32,000 nucleotides of DNA from Okeania sp. (GCF_035285525.1 NZ_JAYKGW010000129.1:1-32000), one strand, 5' to 3'; numbered from the stretch's first letter, positions 1 to 8,620 are shown. The notes: generated by a model from the sequence alone, not told the origin. Program-made: numbers and translations.

Positions 1-56
1 ATAGAAGCTTATAGTTAGGTAGCACAGGCATCCTGCCTGTTCCCTAGCCAAAATTT

Positions 57-188
57 GTAGGGTGCGTTGGCGCGCTCTTTGCGGACATAAAAAGACGGAC
101 TAAATTTAGACTATGAAAGAGATTCAGAAATCCGTCGTAACGCATCGCCTCTTCCTTCGGTGCGTTAGCGAAGCGTAACGCACCCTAG
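57..188. repeat. Imperfect long inverted repeat bounding about 130 bp (GTAACGCACC-type dispersed element)
   Basis: GTAGGGTGCGTT at 57-68 is matched by AACGCACCCTAG at 177-188 (11 of 12 complementary). Related GTAACGCACC arms recur at 429-466, 1210-1250 and 11330-11470. Confidence 0.5.
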
Positions 189-267
189 TGAAATGCCGAT
201 CGCTGATAACTGAAATAGCGATATCGCTCCTTTTCATATTTCCAGGGAAAAAAATTTGAGTAAAGGG

Positions 268-298
268 TTGACTTTTAATTTATTTGTGCTATTATTAT
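268..298 (+). promoter_or_regulatory. Candidate sigma70-type promoter (TTGACT, 16-nt spacer, TATTAT)
   Basis: TTGACT lies at 268-273 and TATTAT at 290-295, with a second overlapping TATTAT at 293-298. No long ORF follows, and an intrinsic terminator lies about 130 nt downstream. Confidence 0.35.
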
Positions 299-428
299 CC
301 ACAATGGAGAAGGTGTGCTCAGATATAGACTGTAGGGAAAGTTAATAATGCTTTTAGCGATCGCGACTTTGTTTATTCTTGTTTGCCAATAGAAGCATAC
401 AGTAATAATGAATAATGGATAATTAAGA

Positions 429-472
429 GTAACGCACCGACTGTTTCAGAATATTCGGTGCGTTACTTTTTT
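429..472 (+). terminator. Intrinsic terminator hairpin
   Basis: A perfect 12-bp stem pairs GTAACGCACCGA (429-440) with TCGGTGCGTTAC (455-466). The loop is 14 nt and a T6 run follows at 467-472. Confidence 0.6.
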
Positions 473-627
473 GCTTTTCATTTTGCATTGTTTTTATGAA
501 GTATTTTCAACAGATAAAATAGAGGAAATAAGATAAGATAAAAACTAAAAAAAATCAACATCTATTACCAGTAAAATTGTAGTAGACTGTTTCATATAAA
601 ATGATAGAATTGGCAATCTACTAAAGA

Positions 628-1194
628 ATGAAAAAACAAAAAAAAGTAGATATCAGCAGTAAAAATATAATTGGAATCGATCCGACTCGTTGGGTAGAAT
701 GAATAATGAATAATGAATAATTACCTCTTGTTAAAATCCCTACTTGATTAAAAATAAAGAAATCACCTGTTATGTTTTTTATCCTTAAAACGAGAAGCTT
801 TAAATTTGATTAATAATTAATAATTAGAGATAGTCTTCATTATCAATTATCCATTATTCAGGCATCTTTTGCTACATTTGTATTAAAAAGTAAAATAGTA
901 CAACAAATAATGAGGTGGGATATGGCTGTATTGAAACAATCTCCTTGGTATAAACAGATATTACAAGAAGGAGAACAAAGAGGTGAACAAAGAGGAATAA
1001 AAATTGGAGAACAAAGAGGAATACTTTCTGGAATAGAACTAGGATTAGAATTGAAATTTGGCTTATCAGAAAAAGAGATATTTTCAGAGATTAATACTAT
1101 TGAAAATATTCAGGTTTTAGAAACAATTTTGGCTTCTATCAAAACTGTAGAAACTATCGAGGAATTACGACAAGTTTATCAATCAGATTCTTAA
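628..1194 (+). pseudogene. Remnant of an Rpn-family (PD-(D/E)XK) recombination-promoting nuclease / putative transposase with a DUF4351-like C-terminus
   Basis: The N-terminal piece MKKQKKVDISSKNIIGIDPTRWVE stops at TGA 700-702 and runs into a GAATAAT heptamer array. The C-terminal piece (about 860-1194) reads ...FATFVLKSKIVQQIMRWDMAVLKQSPWYKQILQEGEQRGEQRG..., typical of the cyanobacterial Rpn/DUF4351 tail. The central nuclease core is not readable. Confidence 0.6.
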
Positions 1195-1457
1195 ACAAAA
1201 GATTCTGATAACGCACTACTTTTTTCATAATGTTCGGTGCGTTACTGCTTTGGTTTTCATGTCGCCTGGGCGACATGAAACTTTCCTACAGATGATGTAT
1301 AATTTGATATTTAAAACAAACAGAAGTTTCAGTAAATAATTATTACTATTTTTTTTATAGCCAATTTTAGTTTGTAGGATATATAATCATTGAATGTAAT
1401 AGAAAGCTATTTGGGCTGAATGTAAACAAAAGAGCAAACTTTAGATAAACAGGGGAC

Positions 1458-2384
1458 ATGAAATCAAAAAAGAGCTTAAGTGAGGATGAATTTAAAAAAT
1501 TAATAGAACGGCTTTCTCAAAGAAGAGACGAGCTAGAAGGAAGAATTACTATTGACTCAGTTAAAGAGAGTCTTAGATAATTAGGATTATTATATTTACT
1601 TTCAGAAAATGACATAAAGGAGGTTAGTAAACAGATGACTAAAGATTCACCTAGACAGCAAAGATATTTTCCTTGAATACCAATAATTATTGCAGTCATT
1701 TTAGGTTTTGTTGGGGGTTATAATGTGAAGGAATATCTTGCTAGTAATTTGCCCGAATTAAAAGATGCACCTGAAGAGATAAAACCATCAGAATTAGAAG
1801 ATTTAGAGAAACAAGTTGAAGAACTGAAAAAAAACGAAGATCAATTAGTAGTTAAATTAGAAGATTGTCAGGAAAAAAATAATAGCTTAGAAAAAAAGGT
1901 AGAAGAACTTAAAAATGAGAATCAAAATCCTACAAATTCTGTTGAAAGTGAAAATAATGTAGAAGATTCTTCAACTAAAAAAGATTCTAGCCTAAAAAGA
2001 TTCTACGAAATTAATGGTTTTGTTTTTGAACTTCAGAGCTGCAAAAAAACTAATGTTAATGTAGATAGTCAAAGCATTAATTGCGAACTATTAATCACAA
2101 GTACAGAAAAAAATGCTCAGTTACGTTTGTATGCTAGCTCAAATGATGTTAGAAGTAGAATAATTGAAGCAGGTGAAATATATCTGGCAACAAAAGCTCA
2201 AATAGGAACATCTAGAAGTCGCAGTTATGCGAGTGAAAACTTGATTAAAGATGTATCCCTAAAAGCATCTATTACTTTTGATAAAGTATCATTAGAAGTT
2301 AACAAAATAGAAGTTATGCAAATTTTCTTCTGGTCGAATAATAAAATTCCTCTTGAGTTTGATGATGTTCCTGTGTCTGAATAG
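1458..2384 (+). pseudogene. Membrane-anchored coiled-coil protein with a C-terminal beta-rich domain, interrupted by two in-frame stops
   Basis: One reading frame runs from ATG 1458 to TAG 2382-2384, with in-frame TAA at 1578-1580 and TGA at 1674-1676. A predicted TM segment IPIIIAVILGFVGGY follows the TGA. Next come a coiled coil rich in E/K/L and a Cys-containing domain of about 120 aa. The 219-aa track ORF starts at GTG 1725. Confidence 0.55.
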
Positions 2385-2435
2385 TAATACAGCGCTTTTC
2401 AAATAGATGAACCACATTGTCATAAGCAAAATCTT

Positions 2436-2463
2436 GTAGGGAAGTTGCATGCAACGTCCCTAC
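2436..2463. repeat. GTAGGG...CCCTAC palindromic hairpin element
   Basis: GTAGGGAAGTTGCATGCAACGTCCCTAC is a 28-nt palindrome with one mismatch. Relatives occur at 7722-7749 and a half copy near 16707. Confidence 0.6.
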
Positions 2464-2566
2464 TGTGGTTTACCGATATGAAAACTGCTGTAAGCTACAA
2501 TTTCAGATGAGATGATGTTCAAAATTCATATATAGGAATTACACAGAAACTATAGATATAGCACTC

Positions 2567-2590
2567 AAAACTATAGCGCTATAGTTTTTT
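2567..2590. terminator. Palindrome followed by a T-run, possible bidirectional terminator
   Basis: AAAACTATAGC/GCTATAGTTTT is a perfect palindrome followed by TT. A related sequence is at 14903-14925. Confidence 0.4.
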
Positions 2591-2742
2591 AATTCTATAT
2601 TCTATAATATAGTATCTTTGCATAACTCCTGATATAGTAAAATTCATAGCATTTGTCTATGAAGTTGTGCTTAATAAAAAGCAATAGATGTCAGGAAAAT
2701 TTAGGTCTGGTATCTCATACAAAAAAACAATAGAATGAACAT

Positions 2743-3047
2743 ATGAATGTTTTCTATCAACGACAGGGGGTTGAGTTTGAATGGGATAGCAATAAAGCTG
2801 AAAATAATCTAGAAAAACATGGTATTAGCTTTGAGGAAGCAACGGAAGCTTTTTCGATCCCTTTTACCAAGAAGGTGAAGCCACTCCTAAGAATATTCCC
2901 ACTGGGGAGCAGCGTCAATTTATTCTAGGTTATTCTCTAGAACAACGCCTTTTATTAGTTGTCTATGTAGAAAGAGGAAGGCGAAACCGGATAATTTCTG
3001 CCCGTAAAGCTACTCGAAATGAAAGGAGACTCTATGAACAACCTTGA
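2743..3047 (+). pseudogene. brnT: BrnT-family (DUF497) toxin with a one-base deletion frameshift
   Basis: The N-terminus FEWDSNKAENNLEKHGISFEEATEAF matches the BrnT signature. After the T5 run at 2850-2854 the homologous sequence continues in the other frame: FDPFYQEGEATPKNIPTGEQRQFILGYSLEQRLLLVVYVERGRRNRIISARKATRNERRLYEQP, stop TGA 3045-3047. It overlaps the next start by 14 nt. Confidence 0.7.
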
Positions 3048-3558
3048 AGAAGAAGAATTTACTATTAAACTGCACCCCCGTATTCAAGAGAAAGTTTCTT
3101 TGAATATTCCGACAGATACTTTAGCGTCCCTCAAAAAAGTGGCTGCTAGTCGAGATATGTCTTGGGAGGCATTACTGAAATTCTATATTGGAAATGGGTT
3201 AAGAGAAGATTTAGCCAAATCTTTTTCTAACCAGTTAGTAGAAACAACAACAGAAGTTTTAGATAAAAACATTAACAAATTTCAGCCAATAAATCATAAT
3301 AATTCTATGACTACAATTACACAAGAAGAAATTGAAAATTTTCGTTCTCAATTAGCAAATTATCCAGAGGCTTTAGCTGCCTTGGATGAGATAGAAGAAG
3401 AAAAAGGAGATTTGGAGTTTGCTACTGAAATTATTGCTTTAGAAGCAGGGATGGGAGAAAGTAGAGACGAAAAAAAGAATTGGTTGAAAGATTTATCCAA
3501 ACAAGCTCGCAATATAATCTGCCAAGAGGAATTAAAGACGACTTACTCCCAGGAGTAG
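3034..3558 (+). CDS. brnA: BrnA/CopG-like ribbon-helix-helix antitoxin (first ~90 aa), read through in frame into the next gene
   Basis: The likely start is ATG 3034 (MNNLEEEEF...); the track ORF starts at 3019. VSLNIPTDTLASLKKVAASRDMSWEALLKFYIGNGLREDL is typical of the BrnT-partner antitoxin. At 179 aa the ORF is about twice the usual length, and its second half begins with a Met (3307) that looks like a separate protein. Confidence 0.55.
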   Translation: MNNLEEEEFTIKLHPRIQEKVSLNIPTDTLASLKKVAASRDMSWEALLKFYIGNGLREDLAKSFSNQLVETTTEVLDKNINKFQPINHNNSMTTITQEEIENFRSQLANYPEALAALDEIEEEKGDLEFATEIIALEAGMGESRDEKKNWLKDLSKQARNIICQEELKTTYSQE

Positions 3559-3686
3559 TTACTGCTTTAATTGTATCTTTGGCTGCTTCTGGTGGTATAC
3601 CTGTGGCATTAGCAACTCCGGTGGCTATTTATATAGTTAAGATTGGGGTTAAAAACTTCTGCGAAGCCACCGACGATGAATCCTAA
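3307..3686 (+). pseudogene. Small acidic helical protein with a hydrophobic C-terminal tail, apparently frameshifted
   Basis: MTTITQEEIENFRSQLANYPEALAALDEIEEEKGDLEF...NIICQEELK is in frame 1. The hydrophobic tail DDLLPGVVTALIVSLAASGGIPVALATPVAIYIVKIGVKNFCEATDDES is in frame 0 (track ORF 3480..3686). The join is near AAAG at 3534-3537. Its TAA (3684-3686) overlaps the stop codon of the CHAT gene. Confidence 0.4.
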
Positions 3687-6637
3687 AACCCGGTAGCGGT
3701 GAAAGCTGCCCAATAGTAGGGATTAGCAAAAGGATAGGGGTGAAGTTTTAGCGCCCCTTTGATTCTAGCTTTGACTCGCTTTCCTTCTTTTCTGGGTAAG
3801 TTCGCAATAATAGAATCCAATTCTGGTTGGAGAGAGTCAAGAAACGCTTCGCAATCTTCGCTAGTTAAATTCCGCAACCATTTCTGGGCTTGGTTAAGGG
3901 CGAGGGCAACACTTCCACTTTTTAGATAGGAATGTTGCAGATTTTTGTAGAATTTTATCATTAGCAAAAATGTGGAAAAATCATCTGCTTTCCACAAGCT
4001 ACTGACAACACTGGGAGTATCGGCAAATAAGAAGCCACTGGGTAAACTAATATATTCATCGCTGATACTATTGGGGTCAGAAATTCCGGTTTCGCAGGCG
4101 GATAGGGTGACTAGACGAGATTTAGTCAAGTTGAGGCCGAATATTTCTGCCAAAGTCAGTCTTCCATCTTCTAAAATATCTGAGTTTGACTCGTTGGTTT
4201 CTGCTAACTTTAAGGCAGACTCCAAAGGTAAATCCCGATTAAATACCCCATGACAGGAGAAGTGAATACAATGAGCAAGGGATAATTCTGGATGAGTTTT
4301 AATATTTTCTTCTCTAGCATATTCCCTTTTCAAAACTGTTGGTGATGAAAATAAGGAGCGGAGTATTTCTACTTCTATATCGGCAAAAACTAAATCTTCT
4401 GTAGGGTTTTGGATAGCAAACAAATGATTGAAGTCAGGACGTTTTTGAGTTTGAGTTAGTTGTAATAATTGGCTACTGGGAGCATAACTAACGCCTCTTT
4501 CAAAACGTTCGAGAAGCAAATCGCCGTTTGCTAGGGGCATAGCATGGAGAGGAAAAAGATGCAAGTAGCGATGGGGAATGAGGATAAGTCGATTGCATTT
4601 CGTTTCTTGTTTATCGAAAATATCATTAATTTTGTCAACAATGGAATTAATGTTTAGTATTTCAGAAAGATGCTTTAGGTTAGAAGCTAAATCATCTCTC
4701 CACGGCTGGTTACCATAAGTTCTTGAATAGTGATTCGCCCAATCCTTAAAAGTTTCTACATCTTCAGCAGAAGATTGTTGAATTACAGGATGAGAGTTAT
4801 GAGCAGTGACAATAAAAGTAACAATTTTATCCTCCAGAATATACCACTCAATAATTGCAGTATTTTCATCAATAAGATTCTTAATATCCTGGAAAGAAAT
4901 AGGTGTTACTTCCTGAGTCAGAATAAAACTGGAATCTATAAGTTTAATTTCTTCGAGCAGTTTTTCTTTCTCCCGTCGCGACTGCTGTAATTTTTCCTGT
5001 AATTCTTTCTGCGAAACTTCTAATGATTTTCCCAGCTCTGACTGTTCGCTCTTTCTTGGTATTTGCTTCTTAACTGCTTCTAACTCTCTCGACAATGATG
5101 GAATCTCTCGTCGCACTCTATCTAACTTCTCAATCGTATTTTGGGGAATATCACCTTTAGGATAAATGTCACGGTTTGCCAAAAGTTCGACTAAGTTGCG
5201 AGCTTTACTTTGTTCGACGTATTCAAGAGCTTCTTTGTCATAACCTAATTTTAGACAAACTTGCACCATTTTTTTATAGATTTGATTCCATATTTCTGCC
5301 AACTTTTGCTTATCGACTTCTAATCCTGAGCCAGAAAGTATATGACGGCGCAAAGTTTGTAGAGTCTCAATAGCATGAGCAAAAGCATTATATGCTTTCT
5401 GCAACTCTTCATTGTTTTGGTAGACTTCACCAAGATAGAATTGAGCACCTAAATATGCTTGAGGAAAAGTTGTAGACGTGCATATCTCGAAAGCATCTAA
5501 AAAACAAGCGATCGCTTTTTCCGCATTTTGCTCATTTGTCGAAGTAATACGACTCAGACGAGAATAAGCAATACCTTGAAGAATTTTATTTCTTACCCAT
5601 TCTTCAGGAAAAGCATGACGGCTAAATACTTCTAGAGCAGATACAGAATAGTTAATAGATGCTTGTAAATTTTCTGTTTCTGTTCCCTGGAGACGGTTAA
5701 AATAAGCCAAACTCAGAAGTTTTTGATTTCTAGCCCATATTTCTGCTTCTCTTTCTCTATCTACTTCCTGGGAAATTTCTAGGGCACATTCGATAGCTTT
5801 TTCCCTATTTTCTTCTTTTTCCTTTTCCGTTTCAGTGTAAGTATATGCCAGACTCAAGTTTGTTTTGGCTTCTATCCATTCTGAGTGGAAATTATTGGAA
5901 TCAAATTCCTCCAAAGCTGCTGATAAATAGTTAATTGCTGTTTGTAAATTTTTTGTATTATCCTCGCGAAAGTGATAAATATAGGCAGCACCTATATTAA
6001 CTGCTATCTTTGCCCAAACTTTAGCATTTGTTTCACGGGTGTGTATTTCTAAAGCGTTTTGGAAAAAATGGATAGCCTTTTCTATATTTTCTCCTTTCTC
6101 TCCCTCGATACGGAAAAGATATGATGTTCCTAAATCATTGTTACAGTTAGCCCAGTATTTAGGAAAAGATTCACGAGTAAAGAATGTCAAAGCTATTTCT
6201 TGACATTGAATAGCGATTTCTATATTAGTAGCTCGGTTTGCTTTGGGAAAAACGTTAATTAAGTTACCTAAATTCTGAAACATTGCTGCCATTGCCTCTC
6301 CTTGCTCTGGAGTAGGAGCAGCAGCCATAGCATTTGGTAATTTCCTGACTGACTCATTCTCTAATAATGGCAGTAAGGATTTTTCTAATTTTTCTAACTT
6401 ACCTTCGAGCAAACGATAAACTTTTTGTTTGTTAGCACGACTTTTATCAGTTACATAGAGTAACCGGAATAAAAAGCAAAAGTCTTTCTGCTGGATACAA
6501 CTATATATTGTTTCCATTGAATCTAGATAGATTTCTCGCTTAGGGTGATTTTCGTCAGCATTGTAAAATAAGCGCAATAATAATAAGAGAAGACGTTTAT
6601 TTTTAATTTTTCTAACCATAAATGTTACCCTTGCCAA
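3683..6637 (-). CDS. TPR-repeat CHAT-domain (caspase-like) protease
   Basis: The central part carries repeated TPR-like units (NIEKAIHFFQNALEI, NLQTAINYLSAALEEF, NREKAIECALEI, NLQASINYSVSALEVF, AEKAIACFLDAFEI). The C-terminal CHAT domain has the His (HFSCHGVF) and Cys (LSACETG) dyad and the terminal YYWAAFTATGF. The track start is TTG 6637; ATG at 6619 is an alternative. Confidence 0.9.
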   Translation of the reverse strand: MARVTFMVRKIKNKRLLLLLLRLFYNADENHPKREIYLDSMETIYSCIQQKDFCFLFRLLYVTDKSRANKQKVYRLLEGKLEKLEKSLLPLLENESVRKLPNAMAAAPTPEQGEAMAAMFQNLGNLINVFPKANRATNIEIAIQCQEIALTFFTRESFPKYWANCNNDLGTSYLFRIEGEKGENIEKAIHFFQNALEIHTRETNAKVWAKIAVNIGAAYIYHFREDNTKNLQTAINYLSAALEEFDSNNFHSEWIEAKTNLSLAYTYTETEKEKEENREKAIECALEISQEVDREREAEIWARNQKLLSLAYFNRLQGTETENLQASINYSVSALEVFSRHAFPEEWVRNKILQGIAYSRLSRITSTNEQNAEKAIACFLDAFEICTSTTFPQAYLGAQFYLGEVYQNNEELQKAYNAFAHAIETLQTLRRHILSGSGLEVDKQKLAEIWNQIYKKMVQVCLKLGYDKEALEYVEQSKARNLVELLANRDIYPKGDIPQNTIEKLDRVRREIPSLSRELEAVKKQIPRKSEQSELGKSLEVSQKELQEKLQQSRREKEKLLEEIKLIDSSFILTQEVTPISFQDIKNLIDENTAIIEWYILEDKIVTFIVTAHNSHPVIQQSSAEDVETFKDWANHYSRTYGNQPWRDDLASNLKHLSEILNINSIVDKINDIFDKQETKCNRLILIPHRYLHLFPLHAMPLANGDLLLERFERGVSYAPSSQLLQLTQTQKRPDFNHLFAIQNPTEDLVFADIEVEILRSLFSSPTVLKREYAREENIKTHPELSLAHCIHFSCHGVFNRDLPLESALKLAETNESNSDILEDGRLTLAEIFGLNLTKSRLVTLSACETGISDPNSISDEYISLPSGFLFADTPSVVSSLWKADDFSTFLLMIKFYKNLQHSYLKSGSVALALNQAQKWLRNLTSEDCEAFLDSLQPELDSIIANLPRKEGKRVKARIKGALKLHPYPFANPYYWAAFTATGF

Positions 6638-6775
6638 AAGTGTTGTTCGATAAATTAAGTTCTTGTTGTTTAATTATATCATCTGAAATTAAAAGTTAAA
6701 AGTCAAAAGTGAGAAACAAAAAATCATATCATGTCCGGTAGCATCGGAGCGTTTATAGAAAGAACTAACGAAGAA

Positions 6776-6803
6776 GTAGGGGCAAACGGCCGTTTGCCCC
6801 TAC
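6776..6803. repeat. Perfect 28-nt palindrome
   Basis: GTAGGGGCAAACGG/CCGTTTGCCCCTAC has perfect 14-nt arms. It lies in the CHAT / Uma2 intergenic region. Confidence 0.7.
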
Positions 6804-7066
6804 AACGGCCGAAAAACCTTATTATGTTGGTAGATATTTCCCCAATTTTTACGCCAACGATACCAACAGACATGATATCAGAAGTTTCAGCAGATTCCAT
6901 TTTTGTCAGTTACCGACAGCAAGATGCACGGTTTCCGAAAAATCCTACTGAGAAGATTTAATTATTAAATTTTTACTTCAGATACTTGGAATTTGTTGTA
7001 AATTCTCAACACGGACTATTATATTAATAATAAGTTGAATATTTGCCCTTTTAATCAGACCAAACA

Positions 7067-7678
7067 TTGGAGAAAAAACGTATGATTGCTCAACCCCAAG
7101 ATTACCAAAAAATGAGCCAGGAAGAATATCTAGAATGGGAAGCTAAACAGGAATTTCGCCATGAATATATAGACGGTGAAATTATAGCTATGACTGGATC
7201 GAGTATTCCTCATAATAAGATTGCTATTAATTTTTGTATAGCTCTCATGCCCCATCTCCGTCAAAAAGGATGTCAAGTAAATGTGTCGGATGTTAAAGTT
7301 CAGGATCATAAAAATGATCGTTATTTTTATCCCGATCTAGTAATTACTTGTAATGCTGATGATTTAAAATCCCGTAAGTTTATCCAACATCCGACAGTCA
7401 TTATTGAAATTCTTTCCCCCGGTACAGAAAAATACGATCGCGGCGATAAGTTTAAATATTATCGTCAATTTCCCAGTTTGCAAGAATATGTTTTAGTAGA
7501 TCAAGGAGCGATATCTGTAGAAATTTTTCAACGTGGGGAGGGAAAAAGTTGGCAGTATTGTGGATATACAGAAGGTGAGTCTATTACATTAGAAAGTATT
7601 GAATTTACTTGTGCTATTGAAGTTTTATATGCAGGAGTTAACTTGGAAACTGATACTGTTGAGCCAGAAGAAATGTAG
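7067..7678 (+). CDS. Uma2-family (DUF820) putative endonuclease
   Basis: Family-typical motifs are EYLEWEAKQEFRHEYIDGEIIAM, YPDLVITC and PTVIIEILSPGTEKYDRGDKFKYYRQFPSLQEYVLVDQ. ATG at 7082 is a more likely start than TTG 7067. Confidence 0.85.
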   Translation: MEKKRMIAQPQDYQKMSQEEYLEWEAKQEFRHEYIDGEIIAMTGSSIPHNKIAINFCIALMPHLRQKGCQVNVSDVKVQDHKNDRYFYPDLVITCNADDLKSRKFIQHPTVIIEILSPGTEKYDRGDKFKYYRQFPSLQEYVLVDQGAISVEIFQRGEGKSWQYCGYTEGESITLESIEFTCAIEVLYAGVNLETDTVEPEEM

Positions 7679-7721
7679 TAGACTTTTTCATATAATCAGT
7701 TTCAAAATAGGGAATAGATAA

Positions 7722-7749
7722 GTAGGAACATTGCATCCAACGTTCCTAC
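7722..7749. repeat. GTAGG...CCTAC palindromic hairpin element
   Basis: GTAGGAACATTGCATCCAACGTTCCTAC belongs to the same family as 2436-2463. Confidence 0.55.
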
Positions 7750-7928
7750 AAGGTTATCATTTAATCACTCAATAGCTGATAACTGATATTGGATTTGAAT
7801 GCCCCACTAAAAAAAAAGCTACTATTTTTCCACAGTACTTATTTAATCTCAGAATAAAACAACTTTTTCTGTTTGTCAAGAGGCGATCGCCTATAATATT
7901 ATATAAAGATACCTTTTCCCACAAAAAC

Positions 7929-8570
7929 ATGAACCAAACTCAAACCCAACTACCAACAAACACCTGGATAACAGGAACTTGGGATGAATATGTCCAAACT
8001 ATTGAAGACCCAAGTTATGAAAAAGCCAAAAGTTACTATCACAAAGGAAAATTTAGAATAGAAATGTCACCATTAGGAAATCAACATGGTAGAGACCATG
8101 CAATTATTATGGCTGCAGTTGCCTTCTTTGCTACAACTAAAAATATTGCCCTGAATGCTATAGATAACTGTACCTACCGCAAAACTGGATTTCGAGCAGC
8201 TCAACCTGATGCTTCCTATTACATAGGAAAAAATGCTGATGTTATTCCTTGGGAAACTTCTATTATTGACCTGGATATTTATCCTCCACCAACTCTAGTT
8301 ATTGAAGTTGCTAATACTTCTTTTTCTGATGATATAGGGGAAAAACGTTTGCTTTATGAAGCACTTAACATAGCTGAATATTGGATAGTTGATGTGCAGA
8401 ATGTAGAAATTATTGCCTTTGCTATTGCTAATAGTGGTAGTAGAAAAATTAGTCAGTCCCAAGTTTTACCTGGTTTAGAAATTTCTTTATTAAATGAGGC
8501 GCTTCAGCGCGCTCGTCGAACTAATCAAACTCAAGTTTATACTTGGTTATTAAATCAGTTTCAATCATAG
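7929..8570 (+). CDS. Uma2-family (DUF820) putative endonuclease, divergent second copy
   Basis: WDEYVQTIEDPSYEKAKSYYHKGKFRIEMSP, PDASYY and PTLVIEVANTSFSDDIGEKRLLYEALNIAEYWIVDVQN match the Uma2 core layout. Confidence 0.85.
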   Translation: MNQTQTQLPTNTWITGTWDEYVQTIEDPSYEKAKSYYHKGKFRIEMSPLGNQHGRDHAIIMAAVAFFATTKNIALNAIDNCTYRKTGFRAAQPDASYYIGKNADVIPWETSIIDLDIYPPPTLVIEVANTSFSDDIGEKRLLYEALNIAEYWIVDVQNVEIIAFAIANSGSRKISQSQVLPGLEISLLNEALQRARRTNQTQVYTWLLNQFQS

Positions 8571-8620
8571 AGAAGGAAGAGGGAAGAAGGAAGAAGGAAG
8601 AAGGAAGAAGAAAGAAAGGA
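8571..8620. repeat. Purine-rich heptamer array (GAAGGAA)n
   Basis: The array starts directly after the Uma2 stop codon. The same heptamer recurs at 16565-16592 and 18127-18209, and as its complement at 30127-30158. Confidence 0.8.

Noticed and set aside
295-303. Perfect DnaA-box-like 9-mer TTATCCACA
   Set aside because: It is a single occurrence with no cluster. A 9-mer match is expected by chance with appreciable probability in 64 kb of two-strand sequence.
6731-6961. 76-aa ORF in the CHAT / Uma2 intergenic region
   Set aside because: It reads straight through a perfect 28-nt palindromic repeat (6776-6803), has no recognisable motif and has an odd composition. It is most likely non-coding.
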